A stretch of DNA of 43,464 nucleotides, taken from Candidatus Kaiserbacteria bacterium. GTDB taxonomy: Bacteria; Patescibacteriota; Minisyncoccia; Phycocordibacterales; Phycocordibacteraceae. Of the stretch, positions 17,971 through 28,086 are shown in pieces (positions within the stretch are counted from its first letter, which is position 1; the number at the start of each line of letters is the position of its first letter). Made by a program: the position numbers and the translations under genes. The notes below the pieces were generated by a model that saw only the letters and a program-made list of their open reading frames with translations, did not search any database and was not told the origin of the DNA. The stretch is from the NCBI GenBank assembly GCA_026396675.1, contig JAPLWI010000010.1:1-43464 (forward strand), given 5' to 3'.

Positions 17971-18689
17971 TACTTCAACAATGCATCAATTGCCGTTTGG
18001 AAACTTGCGTATGGATACGCTCCCGCAATTGCCTGCGTACCAATAACGAAAGACGGCGTTGCGTTGATGCCGACTTTAGCAGCTTCGGCTTTGTCGGCGT
18101 CCATCGCTGTTTGGTAGATGCTCATATTTGCTTTTACATCCGCAGCGACTTTTGCTACATCAATGCCAGGAATAGTTGCGGTAAGTTTGTCGATAGACAC
18201 AGCGTTGCCGAAACCCTGATCGCCTTCTTCATCCTGCGCGGTGTACATCGCGGTACGCCACGCGAAATATTTATCAGGATATAGTTTCCAGATTGAGCGG
18301 CTGTAGACAGCACCTATGACTGAATCATTGCCGAGAAATGCAAAATCCATAAAGACGATTTTTACTTTTCCAGTGTCTACATAATTTTTGATAATTTCGG
18401 GGAAAGCTGCTGGTGTAGTTATTTGAGGAATACCGCCAACTTCAAATGCTTTACAAAAAGTGCATTGAAAGTCAGACCAGAACGCAATTGTAACCGGTGC
18501 GTTTGCCTGACCTATAAAAGGATTCCCGTCGATTTTCACATCCGCAATATTTACTTTCGGTGCTGTTGGGGCTTGCCCTGAGCTTGCCGAAGGGTGAGAA
18601 CCGTTCCAAATTACTGCGCCTGCTATAAAAAGTCCAGCGAGTATAACTGCGACTGGTAAAAAGAATTTATTGGTTGTTTCGTTGTTCAT
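17970..18689 (-). CDS. DsbA-like thiol-disulfide oxidoreductase
   Basis: APVTI..WSDFQCTFC, G..ATPSF; N-terminal TM; start MNNETT. Confidence 0.92.
   Translation of the reverse strand: MNNETTNKFFLPVAVILAGLFIAGAVIWNGSHPSASSGQAPTAPKVNIADVKIDGNPFIGQANAPVTIAFWSDFQCTFCKAFEVGGIPQITTPAAFPEIIKNYVDTGKVKIVFMDFAFLGNDSVIGAVYSRSIWKLYPDKYFAWRTAMYTAQDEEGDQGFGNAVSIDKLTATIPGIDVAKVAADVKANMSIYQTAMDADKAEAAKVGINATPSFVIGTQAIAGAYPYASFQTAIDALLK
18571..18595 (-). repeat. family C element, in frame in the DsbA gene
   Basis: Minus strand ACCCTTCGGCAAGCTCAGGGCAAGC. Confidence 0.65.
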
Positions 18690-18721
18690 ATGCAGGAGAT
18701 AGTACCATCTCCAATTGCGAC

Positions 18722-18749
18722 TTGACAAATATGTTGAGTCGTGTATACT
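18722..18749 (+). promoter_or_regulatory. sigma70-type promoter
   Basis: TTGACA-16 nt-TATACT upstream of the GAGGAGG-led ORF. Confidence 0.65.
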
Positions 18750-18785
18750 AATGGTAGAAATCAATTAAGTTCCTGAGGAGGAAAA

Positions 18786-19376
18786 ATGAAGAAAATATGT
18801 TCTTTGATAGTTGTGTTAGCAGTTCTGCTTCCCTTCTTCGCACTTGCGACAGAGACGGAAACAGAGAAAGAAGAATTGGGTTTCTGGTTTGAGACCCAAG
18901 CGGTAGGAAGCAACAAACCGTGGAAGGCAATCGGCTGGTATGAACCGCCGACAAAAGGCCAGTTTGGATTCTTTATGTTGGCAGAGTATGAGTCCGACGG
19001 TTATCGCTCGACTTATGCAGGTCCAACATGGAAACCTATCTCATGGTTTCGGGTTGGTGCTGGAGTCGGCGCAGAACAAGCACCGGAAGAAAAAATCAGA
19101 TCAATCCGTGGAGCCATGTTCTTCGAGATTGATCGTGAAAAATTCAATGTATTCGCGATCTTCGAAAATGGAGGCACTGGACCGTGGCACAAAGTCACAG
19201 CCACTTACAAACCGAACGAGAAGTTCGGCATTGGCGGGATGAAGGAGACCGATCTCGGCGTTGGGCCGAGAATCGAATACAACATCCGAAAAAATGTGCA
19301 GTTGTGGGTAGCGATACTTCACGACATCGACACAAAAACGAACACACCAATGTTCGCCATCAATTTTTCGTTCTGA
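18786..19376 (+). CDS. exported protein with outer-membrane beta-barrel-like pattern
   Basis: Signal peptide ending ALA, repeated amphipathic aromatic strands, C-terminus MFAINFSF. Confidence 0.75.
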   Translation: MKKICSLIVVLAVLLPFFALATETETEKEELGFWFETQAVGSNKPWKAIGWYEPPTKGQFGFFMLAEYESDGYRSTYAGPTWKPISWFRVGAGVGAEQAPEEKIRSIRGAMFFEIDREKFNVFAIFENGGTGPWHKVTATYKPNEKFGIGGMKETDLGVGPRIEYNIRKNVQLWVAILHDIDTKTNTPMFAINFSF

Positions 19377-19385
19377 TGGTAAACC

Positions 19386-19413
19386 AAAAGCCCTGACTTC
19401 GGTTGGGGCTTTT
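19386..19413 (+). terminator. intrinsic terminator
   Basis: AAAAGCCCTGAC-TTCG-GTTGGGGCTTTT. Confidence 0.8.
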
Positions 19414-19422
19414 ATTATTTAT

Positions 19423-19437
19423 GGGTTTACGAAACCC
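19423..19437 (-). repeat. family A single REP, intergenic
   Basis: Minus strand GGGTTT-CGT-AAACCC. Confidence 0.65.
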
Positions 19438-19442
19438 TTATT

Positions 19443-20495
19443 TTATTGATACTGAATATAAATCGGAGCGGGAGTAAGAGCGAGAACTTCGGCAGGTGTG
19501 AGCATACTGACACCGGTCGAGGGCGACGCGTTGTCGTTTTTATAAAAAAGTTTGATACCGGTGAACTGCACAGGTTCTGATTTGACTGTCCTTAAATAAG
19601 TATTCTGTTTTTTCGCTTTCGACCCGAAGCCATCCATATCCATCACAATCTGTATCTCAGACAATGTCTGTATTTTTTTATAGTTCGTCACCATATCTTG
19701 CGTAAAACGATGCACAACAAGAATCTTCGGCGGCAGATGATTATCGCGCACGATGCCTGCGAGATATTGTGCCGCATAATTTATATCAGCCGCATCCATA
19801 GTGCCGATGACCGTACCGGGAGAATTTCCGAATTTCATAGAGAATTCCGGATCAATGGCGAGATGAACTTGCGGCATTTTCAAATATTTTTCCAACATCG
19901 GGAGCTCGTGCTGTACTGTACTCTTCCCCACCTGCACATCGAGAATCACAATGCCATTTACCTGATGGGCGAGGTCGAGCGCATGATCTATTTGGTCATC
20001 CGGCATTCGGAGAATGTACTTCCCTTCTTTCCCGGCACTCGCTTGTGCGACAACCGCAATGTATTGAATTGCTGGTACAACCGGAGTCGTAGGATCAGCG
20101 GATTTCCAATGCTGCATTTCTGTCTTAAGCATCGCGAGCATTTGATCAGTTGGATATTGCCCGAGCACGCCCATTCCTTTGGAATAAAAATTCCCATAGT
20201 ACGCGACAATGCGGTTGAACGGCAGAATCGCGCCCGCGTCGGGATATGCAGTCTTCACTGGCCAGAGTCGTGGCGTGGTCGTAGAGGTTGAAGTTGCGTT
20301 AGGGTCAATATGCGCAAGCGCGAGAAGTCGTGCATCATAATCAGCCCGATCAAGCGCCGGCAATGGTATAAATTTTTCCGGATTATCAGCTGCTTCCGAA
20401 CGGTATTCCATTGAAAAGATATTTGAGAAAAACAACAGATACACGAGAGCGAGTATGACGACGCCTGCGCCTATGAGCAATATCTTGCGTGACAT
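19443..20495 (-). CDS. conserved exported hypothetical protein (lipoprotein-like family)
   Basis: N-terminal TM; RIVAYYG, LDVQVG, HLAIDPEF, PPKILVVHRF, GIKLFY motifs. Confidence 0.85.
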   Translation of the reverse strand: MSRKILLIGAGVVILALVYLLFFSNIFSMEYRSEAADNPEKFIPLPALDRADYDARLLALAHIDPNATSTSTTTPRLWPVKTAYPDAGAILPFNRIVAYYGNFYSKGMGVLGQYPTDQMLAMLKTEMQHWKSADPTTPVVPAIQYIAVVAQASAGKEGKYILRMPDDQIDHALDLAHQVNGIVILDVQVGKSTVQHELPMLEKYLKMPQVHLAIDPEFSMKFGNSPGTVIGTMDAADINYAAQYLAGIVRDNHLPPKILVVHRFTQDMVTNYKKIQTLSEIQIVMDMDGFGSKAKKQNTYLRTVKSEPVQFTGIKLFYKNDNASPSTGVSMLTPAEVLALTPAPIYIQYQ

Positions 20496-20507
20496 AACGA
20501 AAGCTTT

Positions 20508-20663
20508 TTACTTCTTCACCTCTTTGAAAACGACACGCTTGCGGAGGGTGGGATCGAACTTCGTAAGTTCTATTTTACGTTCGACTTTTTTCTTATTTTT
20601 CCGCGTCCAGATAATATGCTTGGACTTCGTGGACTTCAATTTGAGAAGGCGGTCTTGTGACAT
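20508..20663 (-). CDS. rpmG: 50S ribosomal protein L33, Cys-free form (not in the ORF track)
   Basis: MSQDRLLKLKSTKSKHIIWTRKNKKKVERKIELTKFDPTLRKRVVFKEVKK. Confidence 0.93.
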   Translation of the reverse strand: MSQDRLLKLKSTKSKHIIWTRKNKKKVERKIELTKFDPTLRKRVVFKEVKK

Positions 20664-20690
20664 ATTGCTAATCTAACAGAATCTACAGAT

Positions 20691-23369
20691 TTAAGCAACG
20701 GAAAGCTCTTTCTTGGTGTTTCTCCTAACCATCTTCTTCTTCACTTCAAAATGCGGTTCATTATTCTTTATAGAGATTGTGACTGTGCCCCCTTCCATTA
20801 CACCTTGCGCAACCATAAGCGACGCGAGCGGTGTCAGTATCTTGTCTTGAATCACGCGACGCAATGGGCGTGCACCATAGAGTGGATTGTGACCTTTCTC
20901 CGCGAGCCACTGCCGTACATCAGACGAGAATGCGAGCGCAATTCGCTTCTGTGCGAGTCGTTGTTTTACTTCGTCAATTTGATTATCAACAATTTTGATA
21001 AGTGAATCCTTCTCGAGCACATCAAAAATAATAATGTCATCAAGTCGGTTTAAGAATTCTGGGCGGAAATGCTCTCGCAAAGCGCTCATAACTTTTTCTT
21101 TCGTCTCTTCATAGCGCATTGCATCAGTGGCGCCGGCGGTGCCGAAGCCGATATGTGCGAGACGATCAATAAATTCGCCGCCGATATTACTCGTAAGCAC
21201 GATAATCGTATTCTTGAAATTGACCTTGCGCCCTTTACCGTCGGTTAAATGCCCAGAATCCAGCACTTGTAAGAGAATGTTAAACACTTCAGGATGTGCT
21301 TTTTCAATTTCATCGAATAGCACCACTGCATACGGACGATGACGAATATGTTCGGTCAGAGTACCTGATTCTTCGTAGCCGACATAGCCAGGAGGTGCAC
21401 CGATAAGTTTTGCAACTGAATGCTTCTCCATAAATTCGCTCATATCGATACGCACCAGTGCGTCTGTATCGTTAAACATAAATTCCGCGAGCTTCTTTGA
21501 AAGCTCGGTCTTCCCCACGCCTGTTGGACCGAGAAATAGAAATGAACCAATTGGACGATGCGGATCACTGATACCAACGCGCGAACGTTTGACGGCATCA
21601 GTTACTTTCTTAACTGCATCGTCTTGGCCGATGATACTGCCTTTCAGTTCATCCTCCATGCGGCTTAGTTTTGCCGCCTCTTCTTCAAGCATGCGTGCGA
21701 CCGGAATTCCAGTCCAACGGCTAACAACTGACGCGATATCTTGTTCAGTCACTTCTTCGTTCAATACGCGACGAGATTTCTGGAGTGTCTTCAAACGCTT
21801 TAATTTTATCTCAAGATCTTTTTGAAGATGTGGGATATGCCCATAACGAATTTCCGCGACCGTGCCGAGATCGGCGGCGATTTCAGCATTGTCCGCTTGT
21901 ATCTTGAGCGATTCGAGCTCGGTCTTCGCCGCGCGAATACCGCTAAGTACTTCCTTCTCATTTTTCCATTTAAGTTCAAGCTCGCTGGTTTTTTCTTTTA
22001 AATCGGCTACTTCCACATCAATATCTTTAATACGTTCTTTAATTTCTTTGCTTCGTTCACCTTCCAAATCCTTTTGAAGTGCCTGCCGCTCAATCTCAAG
22101 ACGACGAATTTTACGATCGGTTTCTTCGAGCAGAGGCGGTTTATTTTCAAGTGCGATGCGCAGTCCCGATGCGGCTTCATCGATGAGATCAATTGCTTTG
22201 TCCGGCAAAAAACGATCGCTGATATAGCGGGAGGAGAGTTCTACCGCGGCAATGATAGCACCGTCGGTAATGCGTACACCATGGAAAAGTTCATATTTGT
22301 CGCGCAGACCACGAAGAATTGCAATTCCATCTTCGACTGATGGTTCTTGGACAAATACCGATTGGAAACGGCGCGTAAGTGCTGCGTCTTTTTCTATATA
22401 TTTTTGATATTCTTTCAACGTCGTTGCACCAATGATACGAATTTCACCGCGCGAAAGTGAGGGCTTTAACATATTTGCAGCGTCCTGTGCGCCCTCGGCA
22501 TTCCCGGCTCCAACGAGCGTGTGAAGCTCGTCAACAAACAAAATTACTTTCCCTTCTGCGCGTGCGACTTCTTTCATTATGTTTTTCATGCGCTCTTCAA
22601 ATTCACCGCGATATTTGGTGCCTGCAATCATCATTCCGAGATCAAGCGATAGCAATTCTTTTCCTTTTAGCGATTCTGGGACATCACCCGTCGCCATCCG
22701 TGTTGCAAGCCCTTCTGCAATCGCCGTTTTCCCGACTCCCGCTTCGCCGATAAGCACTGGGTTATTCTTGGTGCGGCGCGCGAGAATCTGAATAACACGA
22801 TTTATCTCCACGTCGCGTCCGATAACCGGATCGAGTTTGTTTTCTGCAGCGAGTTTCGTGAGATTGCGAGCGTATTTAGTAAGTGCTCGGAATTGTTTCG
22901 GTTCTGAAACTTGTCCATCTTTGGAGTTTTTCAATTCTTTGAGAACCGCGAACGCCGCGGTCTGAGTTATTGAAAATCGCGCAAGAATGTCAGAGGTATT
23001 CCCAGGATATTCAATGATGGCGAGGAAAAGATGTTCTGTACCGACAAAAGTGTCGTTTATGCGCGCTGCAATTTTCCCGGAGACCTCAAGCGCTTGGGCG
23101 AGTTCTGGAGTCAGATAAATCTGATAGGACGGCGATAGCACGGTCGCACTTTCAGGTGCCTCAAGATGTTCAAGTACAGTGTCTGCAAGCATGATGGTGT
23201 CAACCTCCATTCGATCAAGCATAGAGAACACCAACGACTCTTCCTGCAATACAAGAGCCGCGAGTAAGTGCAGTGATGACACATGATTCTGCCCGCGTTC
23301 GATAGCGAGTTCATGTGCACGGCGCACTGCTTCTTTCGCTTTGGCTGTGAAATTATTGAATGGGGGCAT
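20691..23369 (-). CDS. clpB: ATP-dependent chaperone ClpB
   Basis: Clp N domain, GEAGVGKT, long middle coiled coil (AEIRYG), [24 protein letters not shown]. Confidence 0.95.
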   Translation of the reverse strand: MPPFNNFTAKAKEAVRRAHELAIERGQNHVSSLHLLAALVLQEESLVFSMLDRMEVDTIMLADTVLEHLEAPESATVLSPSYQIYLTPELAQALEVSGKIAARINDTFVGTEHLFLAIIEYPGNTSDILARFSITQTAAFAVLKELKNSKDGQVSEPKQFRALTKYARNLTKLAAENKLDPVIGRDVEINRVIQILARRTKNNPVLIGEAGVGKTAIAEGLATRMATGDVPESLKGKELLSLDLGMMIAGTKYRGEFEERMKNIMKEVARAEGKVILFVDELHTLVGAGNAEGAQDAANMLKPSLSRGEIRIIGATTLKEYQKYIEKDAALTRRFQSVFVQEPSVEDGIAILRGLRDKYELFHGVRITDGAIIAAVELSSRYISDRFLPDKAIDLIDEAASGLRIALENKPPLLEETDRKIRRLEIERQALQKDLEGERSKEIKERIKDIDVEVADLKEKTSELELKWKNEKEVLSGIRAAKTELESLKIQADNAEIAADLGTVAEIRYGHIPHLQKDLEIKLKRLKTLQKSRRVLNEEVTEQDIASVVSRWTGIPVARMLEEEAAKLSRMEDELKGSIIGQDDAVKKVTDAVKRSRVGISDPHRPIGSFLFLGPTGVGKTELSKKLAEFMFNDTDALVRIDMSEFMEKHSVAKLIGAPPGYVGYEESGTLTEHIRHRPYAVVLFDEIEKAHPEVFNILLQVLDSGHLTDGKGRKVNFKNTIIVLTSNIGGEFIDRLAHIGFGTAGATDAMRYEETKEKVMSALREHFRPEFLNRLDDIIIFDVLEKDSLIKIVDNQIDEVKQRLAQKRIALAFSSDVRQWLAEKGHNPLYGARPLRRVIQDKILTPLASLMVAQGVMEGGTVTISIKNNEPHFEVKKKMVRRNTKKELSVA

Positions 23370-23373
23370 ACAA

Positions 23374-24141
23374 CTAATGCGCTGCAGTTGATGTTGCGGT
23401 TGTCGAAGTAGCGGTCAGAAGCGTAGTGATAATGTCCGCGCTAATAAGGAGACCGGGTGTTATTCCCGCGCCGATACCGACAAGATTGCCTGATAGATCA
23501 ACCGCCGCGCTACCAGCGCCGATATCTGGAAGTGTTGTATGAATACCTGATTTACCAACGCGTGCGACAATGCCGGTGGCAGCAGAACCGTCGGCGCTTA
23601 GGGCGAGTACGGTTTCACCAAGTTTCAACTCGCTCGCCGTTCGTAAAGTAGGTGATGACGTTTTTGGCAATACTGCACTGTCCGCAAACCCATAAATCGC
23701 AATACCTTCGCCTTGATGCGCAAGAGACGCTGCGATGTATATATTACCCGGGAATCCAATTAAAACTTCTTTCGGTAAGGCATCTTGCGCCGCGGTTGCA
23801 ATAGCGCGCGCCTTAGGAAGATAGGTACCAATAGAAATCGCCAGAGTTGAGGTGCCGGTTTTAGCAGAATAAATGGTCACTGTGCGAGTTGCATCCGCTC
23901 CGATTGCCGCCATAACAAGGTCTTGGTTTGACGGTGCAGGCGCTTGAATAATCGCGGCCGGCGCTGCTTTTGCAACTGTTTCTATCGTACGTTCAACAAC
24001 GTGGTTCACCGTCTGAGTGACAAATGGCGGTGCTTGATCAAGAAGAGAAACAGTCAAAATACCGGTTGCAACCGACATGACAAAATTCACAAGAATCGTG
24101 AGCAATATGAGTTGTGATTTGGAAAGTTCCTCTATATTCAT
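23374..24141 (-). CDS. membrane-anchored degenerate trypsin/HtrA-like protein
   Basis: TM, LKLGETVLAL, TGIV, AVDLSGNLVGI; GNSGG absent. Confidence 0.7.
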   Translation of the reverse strand: MNIEELSKSQLILLTILVNFVMSVATGILTVSLLDQAPPFVTQTVNHVVERTIETVAKAAPAAIIQAPAPSNQDLVMAAIGADATRTVTIYSAKTGTSTLAISIGTYLPKARAIATAAQDALPKEVLIGFPGNIYIAASLAHQGEGIAIYGFADSAVLPKTSSPTLRTASELKLGETVLALSADGSAATGIVARVGKSGIHTTLPDIGAGSAAVDLSGNLVGIGAGITPGLLISADIITTLLTATSTTATSTAAH

Positions 24142-24172
24142 GTATCTATAATGCTACCGCTGACTATTACTG

Positions 24173-25345
24173 TCAATCCACCATGGTTCCGATAGTACTG
24201 TCTTGGCTGACGAACGCAACTGCTCGCGCAAGCGCCTTTCGGAAGCGAACAAACGCACGCGGGCGAATGTCCGGACCCCAAGAAATGCGCAACGTCGCAC
24301 GAGCGCGCGTTGTGTCTCCAGTCAGAGCAAATACCGCACGCGAGCCATTTTCAGAATCGGTCTCGCACGCACTTCGTGTAGAGACCGCGAACTCTTCTTC
24401 ATCAAGAAGCGCAACGATATAGTCAGTGTCTCGGTTCGGTAAGGAAATGTTGAGAATGTTAGAGGATTGGACACGGCCTTCATTTATATATACGGTCGGA
24501 AGTGTATTTTTGATGAACTCAATAAGTTTGATTCGTTCTATCTTCGCACTCGCACAAAATTTCTCCCGGCCGACAACTGCGGCAGAAAGATCAGCTGCAA
24601 AGTTTCGTGCGAGTTCAAACGGTTCGCTACCAGGACGTAATCCCCTTTCTTGTCCGCCGCCGCGGTACAACGGCTCTAGCGGAATGGTTCTATGCGCGAT
24701 GAGTGCGCCGATGCCGCGCGTTGTTCCTACTTTTGAAGAATCAAATGTCAGCATATCCGCGTCAAAATGCGCGCGAGAGATTTTTTCTGTGAGCGGCGCC
24801 TGACTCGCGTCGACGTGCAGAAGAATCCCTCGCTTCGCTCGGGATGGCTCGCGTATGACGCTCGCCACTTCTCTCGTGTTCCATACAGTACCCGTTTCGC
24901 CACATACAGCGTCCATCGAAATAAGAACTGTTTCTTTTCGTATCATTTTTTTCAGTGCTTCAATATTGACGCGATAATTGGCAATTGGCAGTTCTTCTAT
25001 TTCTACTCCTTCTCGCGAAAGTAATTTTATATTTTCAACTACAGATGCGTGTGCACTCGGCAGATACAGGACATGTAACGTGGACTTACGAAGTCCTGAC
25101 ATTCCGAATCCTGATATTAGGGACTTCGTAAGTCCTCGAACCGACCCGAGTATTGCGAGGGCATTTGCTTCGGTCGCACCGCTTGTGAAGATAACGTCAT
25201 CTGGCTGTACTTCAATCAGTCGCGCGATATCTGCACGCGCCCTCTCAAGCTGCTCTCGAGATCTTCGACCTTCCTCGTGCGGTGACGATGTATTTGCACT
25301 CGCACCCGCTGCACGATCGAGATTTATTGGCGTTGTTTTAAACAT
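24173..25345 (-). CDS. cysteine desulfurase (IscS/NifS-like, class V PLP enzyme)
   Basis: FTSGATEAN, HAS, ETGT, HVDASQ, SSK, GGGQERGLRPGS, STRSAC, LRISWG. Confidence 0.92.
   Translation of the reverse strand: MFKTTPINLDRAAGASANTSSPHEEGRRSREQLERARADIARLIEVQPDDVIFTSGATEANALAILGSVRGLTKSLISGFGMSGLRKSTLHVLYLPSAHASVVENIKLLSREGVEIEELPIANYRVNIEALKKMIRKETVLISMDAVCGETGTVWNTREVASVIREPSRAKRGILLHVDASQAPLTEKISRAHFDADMLTFDSSKVGTTRGIGALIAHRTIPLEPLYRGGGQERGLRPGSEPFELARNFAADLSAAVVGREKFCASAKIERIKLIEFIKNTLPTVYINEGRVQSSNILNISLPNRDTDYIVALLDEEEFAVSTRSACETDSENGSRAVFALTGDTTRARATLRISWGPDIRPRAFVRFRKALARAVAFVSQDSTIGTMVD
24825..24845. repeat. family C-like element, in frame in the desulfurase gene
   Basis: ATCCC-TCGCTTCGCTC-GGGAT. 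Confidence 0.6.
25082..25135. repeat. family A REP pair, in frame in the desulfurase gene
   Basis: GGACTTACGAAGTCC (25082-25096), 24-nt spacer, GGACTTCGTAAGTCC (25121-25135); 54 bp. Confidence 0.9.
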
Positions 25346-25347
25346 AG

Positions 25348-26028
25348 TTAGATGCTCGGTCGTTCTTCTGGCTTGATAAGGAAGTATTCACGGTGGAAGA
25401 GATATTTTGAAATGTTAAATATACCGTAGGCCATAAATGGCGCAGCGAACACATCAATTGAGTAATGCACATGGGCGACAAGAACCGATATCCCAAATAT
25501 GAAAGAAACTGCAAAGCAGATATACCGAATTGTTTTTTTCTCCCAGAAAATAAGCGCCAAGAAATACGGCACGCAAGTATGACCTGAAAAGAATAACCCT
25601 GTTTGGAAATTAAAAAAGAGATACACACTATCGAACGCACCAAGACCCGGCTGTATATGATCTGGATAAATACCAATATGCGTAAGCGACATAAAAAGCG
25701 CGCGCGTTATGATGAATAGAGCTAATGTTTTCATCGTGAAAAGGACATAGCGCGATTGTGAGAGCACATACAAAATTCCTACGACAATCGCAATCAGCAT
25801 TCCTTCAACAATAATCGGATTCAAATCAACGACTGGTAGATTGTCTAAAATAATATCGCCGACATACGAAGAAGTCGGGCGAATCGCGTACGCGTGGGCA
25901 TAGACGAATGCGAAATGATTAGCAAGAAATGAAACGCTGAGAAGTATAAACCCCGTTATAAGTGAAGGCAGCCGTTCACGTTTGAACAGATATTTGTAGG
26001 TGGCGTGATATCTCTGAAGTATTTTCAT
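25348..26028 (-). CDS. PAP2/sphingomyelin-synthase-like membrane protein
   Basis: LFFSGHT and HYSIDV motifs, multiple TMs. Confidence 0.88.
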   Translation of the reverse strand: MKILQRYHATYKYLFKRERLPSLITGFILLSVSFLANHFAFVYAHAYAIRPTSSYVGDIILDNLPVVDLNPIIVEGMLIAIVVGILYVLSQSRYVLFTMKTLALFIITRALFMSLTHIGIYPDHIQPGLGAFDSVYLFFNFQTGLFFSGHTCVPYFLALIFWEKKTIRYICFAVSFIFGISVLVAHVHYSIDVFAAPFMAYGIFNISKYLFHREYFLIKPEERPSI

Positions 26029-26036
26029 ACGGGGGG

Positions 26037-26065
26037 TTGCTTATAAGTATAACAAATGCTATACT
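26037..26065 (+). promoter_or_regulatory. csp promoter
   Basis: TTGCTT-17 nt-TATACT with TG extension. Confidence 0.7.
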
Positions 26066-26167
26066 TTCCTACATCAACCAGCGCTGGATCCAAAAGAAGT
26101 CGGGATCGAGCTTCTATCTTCGGCTACTGATTTGATATCTTAATCAAGCACTTATCTTATCTGCAGT

Positions 26168-26377
26168 ATGCAAAACGGTATAGTAATCAAAATGAACGAG
26201 AAGGGTTTCGGTTTCATCAAAGTTGATGGATCGAACGACGGCGACAAGGACCTTTTCTTCCATTCCAACGAGCTCAAGAACATTTCGTTCACGGAGCTTA
26301 AGGAGGGAGATAAAGTTTCTTTCGAAATCGGCGACAGCCCGAAAGGCCCGAACGCTCTTAATGTCAGCAAGGTCTAA
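26168..26377 (+). CDS. cspA: cold-shock protein
   Basis: KGFGFI (RNP1), DLFFH (RNP2), KGP.A.NV. Confidence 0.95.
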   Translation: MQNGIVIKMNEKGFGFIKVDGSNDGDKDLFFHSNELKNISFTELKEGDKVSFEIGDSPKGPNALNVSKV

Positions 26378-26392
26378 CTCGTTAGATTAAGG

Positions 26393-26420
26393 AAACGCCC
26401 CGCTTTTGGCGGGGCGTTTT
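26393..26420. terminator. bidirectional intrinsic terminator
   Basis: AAACGCCCCGC-TTTTG-GCGGGGCGTTTT. Confidence 0.85.
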
Positions 26421-26813
26421 CTATTCAGAAGTTATGCCATCAAAATGCTCCTCTTGTTCGTCCGCTTTGGTTGCCTGAATCGTTCCATCTTTATGATTCG
26501 GCGGTGAATAGAGAGTGTAGAGTTTCAACGGTCCGCTGCCGACGTTGACGACGTTATGTTGCGCTCCCGCTGGGACTATCACAGCGTCGCCATCCTTTAT
26601 TTCATGCTCAACGCCATCAATAATTACCTTTCCTTGTCCAACTTCAAACCTGAAAAACTGGTCTACGTTTTGATGCACTTCCATGCCGATTTCTCCGCCC
26701 ACCGCAATGCTCATTAATACCAACTGACTGTGTGCTCCGGTATAAACAACTCTCCGATAATCAGTATTATTTTTCGTCTCTTCTTCAATATGTGTTACAT
26801 ATCCTTTTTTCAT
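26421..26813 (-). CDS. cupin domain protein
   Basis: SQLVLMS, IG.EVH..VDQFF, VPAG..HNV.N, LYTLYSPP.H. Confidence 0.93.
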   Translation of the reverse strand: MKKGYVTHIEEETKNNTDYRRVVYTGAHSQLVLMSIAVGGEIGMEVHQNVDQFFRFEVGQGKVIIDGVEHEIKDGDAVIVPAGAQHNVVNVGSGPLKLYTLYSPPNHKDGTIQATKADEQEEHFDGITSE

Positions 26814-26841
26814 ATTTATTTATTGTAGCACGCGCGAAATT

Positions 26842-26860
26842 CGCAAGGTGTCACCTTACG
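26842..26860. repeat. family B REP supplying a stop codon
   Basis: CGCAAGGTGTCACCTTACG; contains the TAA of the 26856-27500 gene. Confidence 0.8.
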
Positions 26861-27500
26861 GAGATTTCGGCCATTCGAGGAAGGATCCGGCTTTGAGTTC
26901 CATCGCGTCGGCCTTGCGCACGAAACGCCAATTCTTTTCCGGTATAAGTTGATATCTCGCCTGCTCATCAAGAGCATCAGCAATGTTGTACAAATCCTTT
27001 TCGGTCGTAATCCAGTCAGTGCCGAAGCGCCGCATATCGAGCGGCTTAGAATAATATTGAAGCGACTTCACGCCCGTTGCGTTTGAGAACCATTCATGAA
27101 AATAAGAGAGTGCGAGTTCGCGCGGCGTGCGATACGCAGGGTCGCGGAATCGTATTGTCGCGTGATTCGTTTTGCTGATAGCGCCGATTCGTCCGTTACG
27201 TTTATAAAGTGTGATGACATGATCCACATCATCACCGCCGAATCGCCCCGAGAGATTCATAATAATTGGCGGCTCGCCATGAATCCAGAGTGCGGCGGCG
27301 GCGAAAAGAGCACCTTCAATACAATGGGATTTATTCTCACGAAGCACGCGACGCGGCGACATGTGCGTATCGCCTTTTGTTTCGTAATTTATGGGAATTG
27401 AATCAAGAAAATTCTGAATCAAAATCGGCGTCGAAAGTTTCTCCAGAATTTTGTATTCATCCAGAGTAAGTCCTGATTGTGGAAAGGTGAGACGCTTCAT
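26856..27500 (-). CDS. conserved hypothetical, transglutaminase-like Cys/His protein
   Basis: SPRRVL..HCIEGA, DHVI, AISKTN, ELALSYF. Confidence 0.8.
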   Translation of the reverse strand: MKRLTFPQSGLTLDEYKILEKLSTPILIQNFLDSIPINYETKGDTHMSPRRVLRENKSHCIEGALFAAAALWIHGEPPIIMNLSGRFGGDDVDHVITLYKRNGRIGAISKTNHATIRFRDPAYRTPRELALSYFHEWFSNATGVKSLQYYSKPLDMRRFGTDWITTEKDLYNIADALDEQARYQLIPEKNWRFVRKADAMELKAGSFLEWPKSP

Positions 27501-27519
27501 ACGCCTCTAGTGTACCAAT

Positions 27520-28086
27520 TTATTTAACTGCGAGTGGGGCGCTTCCGTCTTTAACAATCGCGGCAAGTTCGGACTGTGTTTTTGGCATACGAGTATGAGT
27601 GAGATCGATATGACCAACGACACGAATTACTGCGCCATCGCAATTGCCAAGTATTGTGCTGGCATTTCTAACGCTTCCATCTACCGATGTATAATTTGAT
27701 TTCGTACTAAAAAGGACATCAATGTAATCTGTATACCGTGCGTTCATCGTATCCGCGATAACACGATAACCGATAATCGATGCAACTGTTTTGTATCCGC
27801 AAAAATCGTCTGTTACCGGTGGGTTTTTTATTTCAATAATAGTGCCAAACGGAAGTTCTTTCGCGAGATCCTGCGAACGCGCCGCGATAATTTCAGGGTT
27901 TGAGTATGCGCCGGATGCCGTAACGAATGGGTCGGCGTCGGTTTGCGCTGGCACAGCATTATAAGCGGTGAGAGTCACCGTGTAGTCGGGCGATGTTGGC
28001 GCCGAAGGCGCACTCGCGGAAGCCGGTAAGGTCATAACCGCGCCCGATAAAAGAAAAAGGCCCATAAGGGCTCCTAATAGTGGCAT
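27520..28086 (-). CDS. 3D-domain exported protein
   Basis: TAYN..QTD.DP..TASG, SQDL, PFGT, DTMN..IDV. Confidence 0.85.
   Translation of the reverse strand: MPLLGALMGLFLLSGAVMTLPASASAPSAPTSPDYTVTLTAYNAVPAQTDADPFVTASGAYSNPEIIAARSQDLAKELPFGTIIEIKNPPVTDDFCGYKTVASIIGYRVIADTMNARYTDYIDVLFSTKSNYTSVDGSVRNASTILGNCDGAVIRVVGHIDLTHTRMPKTQSELAAIVKDGSAPLAVK

Noticed and set aside
20556-20570. GAACTT-CGT-AAGTTC in rpmG has family A geometry
   Set aside because: It encodes the normal EL.KF motif of L33 with no length change; probably chance.
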